Below, in pieces: positions 10,337 through 19,841 of a DNA stretch of 64,000 bases (its first letter is position 1; each line of letters opens with the position of its first letter). A model generated the notes under the pieces. The model saw nothing but the letters and a program-made list of their open reading frames with translations, made no database searches and was not told the DNA's origin. The translations under genes were made by a program, and so were the position numbers. The DNA is from an uncultured Verrucomicrobiae bacterium (GTDB taxonomy: Bacteria > Verrucomicrobiota > Verrucomicrobiia > Chthoniobacterales > Chthoniobacteraceae). The DNA lies in NCBI GenBank assembly GCA_963769025.1, contig CAVYKI010000010.1, positions 352,001 to 416,000 on the forward strand, in the 5' to 3' direction.

Positions 10337-11113
10337 TCACTCCATCTTGAATCCACCGTCCACGGACAGGATCTGGCCGGTGATGTAGTCGGAATAGCGC
10401 GAGGCGAGAAACCACACAGCGTGCGCGATGTCCCCGGGCTTGCCAATGCGTTTCAGCAGGATGCGCGAGGTGATCTGGTCGCCCGCGAGTTCGCGGACGG
10501 TCTTGGACATCTCGGTGTCGATGACGCCCGGCGCGACGGCGTTCACGCGGATGTTGCGCGAGGCAACCTCGCACGCGAGCGAGCGGGTCATGCCGTTGAT
10601 GGCTCCCTTGCTCGCGGCGTAATTCGTCTGGCCGCGCCCGCCCTTTTCGCCCGAGACGGAGCTGATGTTGATGATGCGCCCGCGGCGTTTGCTCATCATG
10701 AACGGCACCACCGAGCGGCACATGTTGAACGCGCCCTCGACGTTCGTCGCGAGCACGGTGCGGATGTCGTCGTCGCTCAACATGCCGAGCAGTCCGTCGC
10801 GGATGACGCCCGCGTTGTTCACGAGCACGTCGATGCGCTCCGTGCGGTCCGCGACTTCCTCGGTGAACGCCTGGCACGCGGCGGAGTCGCGCACGTCCAC
10901 GGCCTTCGCGGAGACTTTTGCATCGGGCAGCGCGGCGGTGATGGCGGCGATCCCTTCCTGCGCCGCAGCGGCATTTCCGAGATAGGTGAAAATGACCTCC
11001 ATTCCCGCAGCCGCGAGCGTCTCGACAATCGCGCGGCCAATGCCGCGGCTGCCCCCGGTGACAATCGCCACGCCACCGGCGAGGCCTGAATCTGCGAGCG
11101 AAGGAGCGGTCAT
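10337..11113 (-). CDS. fabG: 3-oxoacyl-ACP reductase (SDR)
   Basis: TGGSRGIG, NNAGVIRD, NYAASK, VNAVAPGVIDT. Confidence 0.88.
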   Translation of the reverse strand: MTAPSLADSGLAGGVAIVTGGSRGIGRAIVETLAAAGMEVIFTYLGNAAAAQEGIAAITAALPDAKVSAKAVDVRDSAACQAFTEEVADRTERIDVLVNNAGVIRDGLLGMLSDDDIRTVLATNVEGAFNMCRSVVPFMMSKRRGRIINISSVSGEKGGRGQTNYAASKGAINGMTRSLACEVASRNIRVNAVAPGVIDTEMSKTVRELAGDQITSRILLKRIGKPGDIAHAVWFLASRYSDYITGQILSVDGGFKME

Positions 11114-11865
11114 CCGGAGATGCAGTAGCCGCCGTCCACGACGAGCGTGTGGCCGGTGATGAGCGCCGCTTCGGGCTGGCAGAGGAGATAGACGGCGTCC
11201 GCGACGTGCGCGGGCGTGAGTGACTCCTGGATCGGCGTGCGGCGCATCGACTCGGCGAGGAGTTCCTCGCGGTTCGGAAAATGTTTCAGCGCGTCCGTAT
11301 CCACGACGCCGGCACTGACGATGTTCACGCGGATGCGGCGCGAGCCGAGTTCCTGCGCGAGTGCGCGGGCGAGCGATTCGAGCGCGGCCTTCGACGCGCC
11401 GATGAACGAATAGTGCGGAATCGCACGCAGCGAACCGAGGCTGGAAAGGCCGATGAGCACGCCGCCATCCGTCATGAGCGGCACCGCCTGCTGAGCGAGC
11501 GTGTTCAGCGCGAGGGCGTTCGTCTCCATGCAGCGGCGCCAGTGCTTGAGCGTGAGTTCCATCGCGGGCTTCAGCACGCCGATGGCCGCATTGCTCACCA
11601 CGATGTCCACGCGGTCGAACTGTTTCCGAAATTCCACGAACGCCTCCGCGATGCTCGTCGGGTCGCTCACATCCGCCTGCAACGCCATGGCGCGGCGTCC
11701 GAGATCGCGGATCGTTTTGCAGAGCGCCTCCGCCTCCTCGTGGCTGTTGAAATACACGATCGCGACATCACAGCCGGCGCGGGCCAGCTTGAGCGCAGTC
11801 GCGCGCCCGATGCCGCGCGCGCCGCCGGTGATGAAGGCAATCTTGCCTGAAAGCGTTTCGCTCAT
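11110..11865 (-). CDS. Enoyl-ACP reductase, FabL-like SDR
   Basis: TGGARGIG, SNAAIGVLKP, SSLGS, YSFIGASKAALESL (Yx6K spacing), VSAGVVDTDALKHFPNREE, matching the FabL pattern. Confidence 0.75.
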   Translation of the reverse strand: MSETLSGKIAFITGGARGIGRATALKLARAGCDVAIVYFNSHEEAEALCKTIRDLGRRAMALQADVSDPTSIAEAFVEFRKQFDRVDIVVSNAAIGVLKPAMELTLKHWRRCMETNALALNTLAQQAVPLMTDGGVLIGLSSLGSLRAIPHYSFIGASKAALESLARALAQELGSRRIRVNIVSAGVVDTDALKHFPNREELLAESMRRTPIQESLTPAHVADAVYLLCQPEAALITGHTLVVDGGYCISG

Positions 11866-11967
11866 TTGATAAATGGGCGCGGAGTGTGTGGGCGCTGCGG
11901 AAAAAAATCAACAGGCGGCGTCAGGAAATGCGAAGCGCGGAATTCGGAGTGCGGAATGGCGTATTCC

Positions 11968-12080
11968 GTAGCCACCGAGGGATCACGACGACCTTGCTCT
12001 GCCTCGGGTCTGGTTCGGAACGGCTCGTGCGCTGCGAAGGCGGCGGCGAGATCGGCCAGCCTCCTGCCTTCGGTGGTTAC
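11968..12080. repeat. Inverted REP pair (GTAG family)
   Basis: GTAGCCACCGAGG ... CCTTCGGTGGTTAC; the right arm reversed (GTAACCACCGAAGGCAGGAGGCTGG) matches the 41647 element. Confidence 0.6.
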
Positions 12081-12709
12081 AGCTTTGGAAACAACCGTCC
12101 CGTCCTCACCAGATGCGCGCGGTAGCTCTCGCCGTGCGTCGCGATGAGGTAGGCCTCCTCGTCCGCAGCCTTCAGCCACACGCAGGCGAGGTGAAACGCG
12201 AGCAGCAAGAGCGAACACACCGTGGGCAGCAGCAAGAACGCGCCGGCAAGCATCACGACCTGCAGGGCGTAAATGGGATGCCTGACCCGCGCAAACGGCC
12301 CGTCGGTGACCAGCACATTTTTCTCCTGCTGGTTCACGCCGATGCGCCAGGAACTGCCCATGATCGCGTAGCACCACAGCGTGCCCGCGTAGCCCGCGAC
12401 GACGAGCGTGAGCCCGAGAATCATCAGCCCCCGATGCTCGAGCAGCGGCCAGAGCCGCACGAAGGTCCACGCGTTTTCCCCGACAAAGAACGGCTGGCCA
12501 ATCCACACGGCGATGGCCAGCAGCCAGCCGAACCAAAGCACGCGCTCCTTCGTCCCGCTGGGCGTCATGTTTGGCGAACGCCCGATTTTCTTCCGCACCC
12601 GTCGTGCCTGGATCAGCACGCCAGCCCAGTAAACCAGCCCCGAGCCCGCGACGACTGCCTTGCGCAGCAGCAGTTCGTCAACGCCCATGGCCTTGGGCGC
12701 GTCGTGCAC
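12077..12709 (-). CDS. Isoprenylcysteine carboxyl methyltransferase / PEMT-family membrane methyltransferase
   Basis: Several TM segments; LVTDGPFARVRHPIY, EEAYL, YRAH..RTGRLFP. Confidence 0.8.
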   Translation of the reverse strand: MHDAPKAMGVDELLLRKAVVAGSGLVYWAGVLIQARRVRKKIGRSPNMTPSGTKERVLWFGWLLAIAVWIGQPFFVGENAWTFVRLWPLLEHRGLMILGLTLVVAGYAGTLWCYAIMGSSWRIGVNQQEKNVLVTDGPFARVRHPIYALQVVMLAGAFLLLPTVCSLLLLAFHLACVWLKAADEEAYLIATHGESYRAHLVRTGRLFPKL

Positions 12710-13745
12710 GGATCAGCCGCTGGAGTTCGATCACCCAGTGGCGTTTCACGCTCTTCCACACGTCCGCGCCGAAAATGATGCCCTCCGGATTTTCGATGTC
12801 CTGCGGTTCCGTCGGCTTCGAACTGGGCACGTAATTGTTGATCCACGCGATCGCGCGCGGGTTTGAGAGCAGGCGCTCGATCTCGGGCGTGACGGCATGG
12901 GTGCGAAGGCTGTGGGCCGGCAGCTGGACGTTGCGCACTTTCGCGCGGCCAAGCGAGCGGTAGTGGTTCGCAGAGCCGTAACCGAGGAAGTCGCCACCGA
13001 GCACATCCATGGGGACGTAAAATCCGGTGAACTCATCGACCGTGTCCGGGATCGCACGCAGCGAGAGCATGATGTCCCATTGGTTTGGAAGCATGCGCCC
13101 CGCGCCTCCGCCGCCGAGCGCCGCGATGTAGGAAACGCTCAGCCCCACGACAGGTCGCGGCTTCCCCGTGAGCGGGTCCGTGATTCCCGTGCGCTCCTCG
13201 GGCTTCCAAGTCAGCGGGCTCCACACCGAAAGGCGGCTGGCGCCCTGCCCGGCGAGGAGCTGCAGCGTTTTCACCGCCTGCATGCAACCCTGGCTGTGCC
13301 CGATGATCATCGGCCTCATCCCCTCCTGTTCGTAATACCAAGCGACGATCCCGGCGAACAGCTCCGCCTCGTAGTAGCAGCTGATCGTGTATTGGCCGCC
13401 CGGCTGCCGGACGGCGCGATCCGGATAGCCCATGCCGACGAGGAATTTTGAAAACGACGTCAGTCTCTTTTGCACGGGCGCGATGCCGCCGTGGATATTG
13501 ATGAGGTGCGGCGCGGGCGCGCCGGCGAGGACGTTGCGCACGTCCGACTCGGTCACGCGCTCCGGGTTCAACGCGAGGATCCGGTTTTCCTGTTCGCGCG
13601 ACATTTTGCCAACTGCGCCTCGGAGGCCCTGCTCGATTTCGGCCGCCGTCGCCGGACCCGCGGGGACGAGATCAAACTTCGCGCATCCTGCAGCCATCAG
13701 CATCACGGCGAGCACCGCGAACATGGATGAAAGTCGGCGCTTCAT
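12678..13745 (-). CDS. Lipoprotein with alpha/beta-hydrolase-like GHSQG motif
   Basis: Signal peptide ending MAAGC (lipobox); IHGG and IIGHSQG nucleophile elbow. Confidence 0.6.
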   Translation of the reverse strand: MKRRLSSMFAVLAVMLMAAGCAKFDLVPAGPATAAEIEQGLRGAVGKMSREQENRILALNPERVTESDVRNVLAGAPAPHLINIHGGIAPVQKRLTSFSKFLVGMGYPDRAVRQPGGQYTISCYYEAELFAGIVAWYYEQEGMRPMIIGHSQGCMQAVKTLQLLAGQGASRLSVWSPLTWKPEERTGITDPLTGKPRPVVGLSVSYIAALGGGGAGRMLPNQWDIMLSLRAIPDTVDEFTGFYVPMDVLGGDFLGYGSANHYRSLGRAKVRNVQLPAHSLRTHAVTPEIERLLSNPRAIAWINNYVPSSKPTEPQDIENPEGIIFGADVWKSVKRHWVIELQRLIRARRAQGHGR

Positions 13746-15076
13746 ACAGCGGCCTCCAATCCGCTGACCGCCGCGAGAAACCTCTCGCGCATCGCGGATA
13801 TCTCAGCGCGCGAGAAAACCGACGTGCGATACGACATCGCGAGATTCACGCCCTTGGAAAATGTCGTGACCGAGAGCACGAGCGGCGTTACCGGCCCCGT
13901 GGACACGGTTCGCAAGTAATCCAACGGCTGCACCGACGATGGTACGGATGGAAGTTTCTTGAGGTTCATATTCGTGAGCCCGCCCCAGAGCGGATAGTTC
14001 TTCGGATAGAATCGCCGCCGCTGGTTCGTCGAGAACAAAGACATCAGCCGCAGGACGAGCCCCATTTCGAGCGCGTTCGCAAGGTGGAGTCCGCCGCGCT
14101 TGAACCGCTGCGTCTGGCCCGCAATCGAGCGCGCCAGTTGCGAAATGCCGGCGGTCTCGGCGATGCGGCAGGTCACGGAAAACGAACCGAGTACCAGCCC
14201 GAACGCGTCGTCGTCCTTCATGCCGAGATCGCGCCGCGCGTTCACGATGCAACCGAGCGAAATCCGGTCGCGGCCCGGGCGGCGCGCGGCCTCGCACAAT
14301 GGCGCGAGCGACCACATCAGCAGCGCGAGCAGCAGATCGTTCACGGTGACACCGAGCCTCCTGGCGGCGCCAATCAACGTCTCCAGCTCGCTATTGCCGA
14401 GCGTGAAAAGCTCCAGCCCGTTTCGGAAATCGTCGCCGTCCGTGCCGCCGGGGCGAATCGCCTTCCGCATGGCGTGAAACTGCGCGGGCAGCGCCAGCAG
14501 CTTGCGCACCCAGCGATCTGGCCGCCATCGCGCGCCTTCGCCAGTCGCGGGCCGGCAGTTCCAACGTTGCTTCGGCACCGTCGCCCCGGCCGCGCAGTAG
14601 TCCGCAGCCAGTTCGCACGCGAGCCGCACGATCGGCTCCGCATCCGCGATCGCGTGGAAATAGACGATCCCCAGCCAGCACGAATCGCCATCCGGCAGCG
14701 CAAAAAACCGGAACGGCGTGAACTCTCCGACCCGGGCGAATCTCACGTTAATCTGCCGCTCCATCTCGGCACGCAGCGCGGCGGCTGAATCGCCACCTGG
14801 CGGAATCACCGTCAACTCGACCGCCGCAGGCCCACCGCGAAATTCAAAGCTGCGACCCTCCGGCCCGATGGACAATCCGGTCAGTCCGCGCGCTTCCAAG
14901 GCCCCCGCGATCGTCTGCCGCAACCGCTCCGCATCGCACGCCGCGGGCACGCGGATCCCATGCACCGCATTGTATGGGTGCATGTCGTCCCACAGCAGCA
15001 TCGTGCGTTGGAAAGTGTTGAAGCGGCCTGTCACAGACATTCCGGCGAGACTGGCGGAGTCGCGCGCGGGGTTCAA
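13742..15076 (-). CDS. Condensation-domain / CoA-dependent acyltransferase-like protein
   Basis: FNTFQRTML..HPYN start, FHAIADA (HHxxxDG variant), ARRLGVTVNDLLLA, NARR. Confidence 0.65.
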   Translation of the reverse strand: MNPARDSASLAGMSVTGRFNTFQRTMLLWDDMHPYNAVHGIRVPAACDAERLRQTIAGALEARGLTGLSIGPEGRSFEFRGGPAAVELTVIPPGGDSAAALRAEMERQINVRFARVGEFTPFRFFALPDGDSCWLGIVYFHAIADAEPIVRLACELAADYCAAGATVPKQRWNCRPATGEGARWRPDRWVRKLLALPAQFHAMRKAIRPGGTDGDDFRNGLELFTLGNSELETLIGAARRLGVTVNDLLLALLMWSLAPLCEAARRPGRDRISLGCIVNARRDLGMKDDDAFGLVLGSFSVTCRIAETAGISQLARSIAGQTQRFKRGGLHLANALEMGLVLRLMSLFSTNQRRRFYPKNYPLWGGLTNMNLKKLPSVPSSVQPLDYLRTVSTGPVTPLVLSVTTFSKGVNLAMSYRTSVFSRAEISAMRERFLAAVSGLEAAV

Positions 15077-15172
15077 TCGCCGCGTGACGCGGACTCGCCT
15101 GTCCGCGGCTCACGATGCGTCCTCCAAGGTTCCGTCCGCCTCCCGGGTTATCCCCTGCGTTCCCCATTCCCC

Positions 15173-16732
15173 ATGAACAAGAAAGCAAAACGCGCTTCGA
15201 CCGGCGCATCCGACATCTCCCGCCGCGGCTTCCTGAAATCCTCCGCCACCGCCGCGCTCGGCGGCACGCTGACGGCGGGCGTTTCCGCAGCCGCGGAATA
15301 TCGCGGCATCATCGCGGAGGAAAACGCAAAACCCGGCTCGGACGACTGGCAGCTCACCCGCGTGCGGCTCGACAAGAACGGCGGCTTCCGCGCGCCGGCC
15401 ATCGAGGGCTACTGCTCGCGGCAATCCGTCCTCGCGGGCGAGACGCTCGACATCATGGTGAGCACGAGCCCGCCGGTGCAGTTCACCATCGAGATTTTCC
15501 GCACCGGCTACTACGGCGGAAAGGGCGCGCGGCTGATGACCGTGCTCGGGCCATTCGCCGGGAAAAAGCAGCCCGATCCCGAAATCGGCGAGAAGCGTCT
15601 GCGCGAATGCCAATGGGAGCCGAGCGCTTCGCTGAAGATCCCCGGCGACTGGCCGAGCGGCGTCTATCTCGGGCGGCTCACGACGATTCCCGAGGCGACG
15701 GACAGACCGTATTGGCAGAGCTACGTCGTCTTCATCGTGCGCGACACGCGCAAGGCCGACATCCTTTTCCAGTGCAGCGACAACACCTGGCAGGCCTACA
15801 ACAGATGGCCCGACAACTGGTCGCTCTACACCGACCCGCGCGGCGCACAGGCACGCGACGTGAAGGTGAGCTTCGACCGCCCCTACGCGAAGTACGCGCA
15901 AATCTACGACAACCCGCAGTCGCTCGGCAGCGGCGAGTGGCTGTGCTTCGAGTTCCCCGCCGCCTACTGGCTCGAGCAGCACGGCTACGACGTGACGTAT
16001 TGCTCGAACAGCGACTGCCTCGACGCCTCGCAGCTCACGCGCTGCAAATCATTCATCAGCATCGGCCACGACGAGTACTGGGACGTGCGGCAATACGACG
16101 CGGCGAAGAGCGCAATCGAATCCGGCGTGAACATGCTCTGGCTCTCGGGAAATTCCGTCTTCTGCGTGTCGCCGTTCACGCCATCACACGACGGCCGGGC
16201 GAACCGCATCATCGAGCGCACCGGCCATTTCGCGGGGCTCAGCAACGACGAGGTCGCAAAGGAAAAGGCCGTGTTCACGGAAAACTATTTCCGCGCCGGG
16301 CCGGACGAGAGCCTCATCATCGGCGCGCGCAGCATCGTGCCCTTCAACGGCGGCGGCGACTGGATCTGCACGAAACCCGACCACTGGATCTTCGCCGGCA
16401 CCGGCATGAAGCACGGCGACAGCATCCGCGGCCTCGTCGGCTGGGAACACCACGGCGCTCCGGCGAAAATCCCCGGCCTCGAAGTCGTCGCCGAGGGCAC
16501 CGCATGGCGCGGCGGCACCACGCCCGCGCACTAGACCGCGACGATTTTCCCCGGCCCGAAGAACAACTTCGTCTTCAACGCCGCGACGATCTTCTGGGCG
16601 CAAGGCCTCGGCAACCCGCCCGGCCACATGCTCCCATGGTCGCACTGGTCCCGCCCGCACGGCCCGGACGAACGCGTGCAGCGCATCACAAAGAATCTCC
16701 TCGACCGCGCGATTCCCGGCGCGGCGCGTTGA
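15173..16732 (+). CDS. Tat-exported N,N-dimethylformamidase beta-subunit-like protein, interrupted by an in-frame TAG at 16532-16534
   Basis: SRRGFLK Tat motif; [21 protein letters not shown]; the frame continues after TAG as [25 protein letters not shown] to TGA 16730-16732. Confidence 0.72.
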
Positions 16733-16738
16733 AGTCGA

Positions 16739-18106
16739 CTACCCGAGCGTCCAGCCCTTGCGATATTCGCGGCGCAGGAATTGCTCGGCGTCCGGCGCGT
16801 TCGGGAAGCGCATCGTCGGCGGCGTCCCACTCGAGCTTCTTTGCCGGCGCGATAGGCGACGTTGCCGAGGTGGTTCGCCTCGGTGAGCGGGCCGCTGTAG
16901 CCGAAGTTGCACGTCGTCGGCGCGCCGGTCTTGCAGGCGTGGATCCATTCCGGGTGATGGCCGATCGAGTGCGGGATCGTCTGCGGCGGGCGGCACGAAG
17001 CCCTCGAACTGCTTCTCCGGCAGCAGCACGTGCTTGCCGTAGTCGGAGAGCAGCATCCCCTTGTCGCCGACGAAGAGCACGCCGTTCGGCCCACTGCGGG
17101 ATCACCTTTTCCGTCCACTGCGGCGGCTTCATCTGGCCCTGATACCACGTGAGCTTCACCGGCGGCATCGCGCCGCGCGCGCCGTACGCGTAGGTCGCGC
17201 TCATCGTCGCCGGCGCGATCTCCGGATGCGGCGGCGGGCCGCTCGCCTCGATGGTCAGCGGCGCGTCGAGCTTCAGCGCCCAGAACGGCAGATCGTTCCA
17301 GTGCGAGCCGAGGTCGCTCATCGTGCCGTTGCCGAAATCCCACCAGCGATACCACTTCGGCCCGGGGAAATAGACGCTGTTGATACGGGCGCATCGGCGC
17401 GGGGCCGATCCACAGGTCCCAGTCGAGCCCCGGCGGCACGGGCTCCTCCTCGGTCGGCCGTTCGAGCGACAGTCACGATGTCCTTGTACGTCGCCGCGTC
17501 CTCCGCGCGACTGCCGGCCCCACGTGCGGTCCACCCACACATGCACTTCGCGCACCGGGCCGATCGCGCCGCCCTGCACGAGCTCGACGACGCGGCGGTA
17601 GTTGTTCGCTCGCGTGGATCTGCGTGCCCATCTGCGTGGCGACGCCCGCGGCCTTCGCGGCCTCGGTGATGATGCGCGCCTCGTGCACGTCGCGCGTCAG
17701 CGGCTTCTCGCAATAGACGTGCTTTTTCCGCCGCAGCGCCGGCAGCGTGGCAAAGGCGTGCGTGTGCTCGGTCGTGCTGACGACGACGGCGTCGAACTCG
17801 GAGTCCTTCAGCTCGTCGTACAGCTTGCGGAAGTCGCGGAACTTTTTCGCGTCCGGCGCCTTCAGCGCGGCGGCGTTCGAGGTTCTTCTCGTTCACGTCG
17901 CACAGCGCGACGATGTTCTCGCTCGAGCATCGCCCGCCATGTTCGCCGCCGCCGCGCCCGCCGCAGCCGATGATGGCGATGTTGAGCTTACTGTTCGGCG
18001 AAGCGGCACGCAGGATCGCGGGAAAGCCGAGCACCGCACTCGCGGCTGCGGTGGTCTGGAGGAAATGGCGGCGTGTGAAGCGCTGGGGATTTTGCGTGGG
18101 GTTCAT
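16739..18106 (-). CDS. Tat-exported Gfo/Idh/MocA oxidoreductase; multiple frameshifts
   Basis: TRRHFLQ Tat motif, [56 protein letters not shown] spread over several frames. Confidence 0.82.
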
Positions 18107-18228
18107 GGGGTGGAGTTCTTCGGGGTTGGGAAATTCGGCGGCGTTGCCGGGTTGGGTCGGCGCGCAACTGCAGAGCGTCAATTTTGAAGCGCACTGTTTC
18201 TTTGAGTGCGTACGGAAACTCTTTTTGG

Positions 18229-18334
18229 CGCACAGGCGCAGAGACGCGGAGGAAACAGGCAGAAACGCGGAGCGGTCTCTGAGTTTCCCGTCTGCGCGAC
18301 TTCCTTGTTTTCTCCGCGTCTCTGCGTCTCTGCG
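18229..18334. repeat. Inverted repeat element (CGCAGAGACGCGGAG family)
   Basis: GCGCAGAGACGCGGAG ... CTCCGCGTCTCTGCGTCTCTGCG; second copy at 63794-63920. Confidence 0.65.
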
Positions 18335-18364
18335 TTTTAAAATCTGCCGGCGTATGCTCTATGG

Positions 18365-19735
18365 TCACCCCACCGCCTCGTCCGTCGCCTCCGCGAGCAC
18401 GGCGATGCCTTCCTCCAGCGCGTCGCGCGGAATGGTGAGCGGCGGCGCGATCTTCACCGTCTGCCCCCACGCGCCCACGGGCGCGAAGAGCAGCAGCCCC
18501 TTCCACATGCAGCGCTCGATGATCGCGTGCGCGAGATCGTGGTCGGGCTCCTTCGTGCCGGGCTTCACGCGTCTGCATGCCCGCGACGAGGCCGCGCGCG
18601 GTCACGTGGCCGATCACCTGCGGATGCTTCGCCTGGATCTTCTTCAAGCCCGCGAGCAGCACCGGCTCCAGCGCGGCGGCGTTCTCCGTCAGTTTTTCGC
18701 GGATGATTTTCCGCACGCTCGCGAGCGCGGCGGCGACAGCACACCGGATTGCCCGTGTGCGTGCTCGTCATCGAGCCGGGGCCGAATTGATCCATGATGG
18801 ATTCGCGCCCGATCACCGCGGAGAGCGGCAGCGAACTGCTGATGCCCTTGCCGCAGCAGATCACATCCGGCGACACGCCGTAGTGCTCGAACGCCCAGAA
18901 TTTCCCCGTGCGCCCGAAGCCCGCCTGCACCTCGTCGAAGGTGAGCACGATCTGGTGCTCGTCGCACCACGCGCGCAGCTGCTTCACAAACTCCACCGGC
19001 GCGAAGTCCGGCCCGACGCCCTGATACGTCTCCATGATCACGCCCGCGACATTCTCCGGCTTCATCCCGCGCGCGGCGACCGCTTTCAAAAACGCCTCGA
19101 AGCTCGTGTCCGTCTGCCAGTAGCCGTCGGGAAACGGCGCGGTGATGATCGCCGGGTCTTCGTTCACGATCCAATTCTTCTGCCCCGCCATGCCGCCCGC
19201 CTGCTGCGAGCCGAGCGTGCGCCCGTGAAAGCCGCGCTCCCAGCCGATGATGCCGATCTTCTTGTTCCCGCCGACCTTGATGCCGTGCGCGCGGCTGAGC
19301 TTGATCGCGCACTCCGTCGCCTCCGATCCCGTCGTGAGCAGGAAGACTTTCCGCAGCCCCTCCGGCGCGAGCCCGGCGAGAAACTCCGCGAGTTCCGCGC
19401 GCTCCTCGCTCGGGAAAACATAGTTGTGCAGCAGCCCGCTGTTCACCTGGTCGAGGATCGCCTGCTTCACCTCCGGCGCGCCGTGGCCCGCATTCGTCAC
19501 GAGCACGCCGCTCGACCAGTCGAGCCAGCGGTTGCCGTGCTTGTCGAAAATGGAAATGTCCTCCGCGCGATCCCACACGATCGGCGGCTGCCCGCGCATG
19601 GACTGCGGCTCGAACGTCGCGCAGTTTCTCCAGCGTCGCGACCGAATCCGGATGCGGAATCGGCGTGGCGATGCGGCGATACTTCGTCTCGACGTGCGGC
19701 ACGTCGCGAGGGGTGATGCTGAATTCTTTGCCCAT
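18365..19735 (-). CDS. Class III PLP aminotransferase (4-aminobutyrate aminotransferase-like); frameshifts ~19620, ~18740, ~18570
   Basis: TGSEATE, GFHGRT, FDEVQAGFGRTG, CGKGISS, THTGNP, VKIAPPL. Confidence 0.85.
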
Positions 19736-19841
19736 GGTTGGTGAGGATTGAGCCGCACTTCCTATCGCACATCGGCCCGCGCCGACACGCACTTTGTCAC
19801 GCATCCCGGTACTTCCCCGCCGCACACGGGTGGCGCGCAGC

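Noticed and set aside
4007..15076. Aryl polyene or ladderane cluster
   Set aside because: Lacks the chain-length factor, glycosyltransferase, LolA-like and MMPL genes of aryl-polyene clusters and the radical SAM enzymes of ladderane clusters; contains an enoyl reductase.
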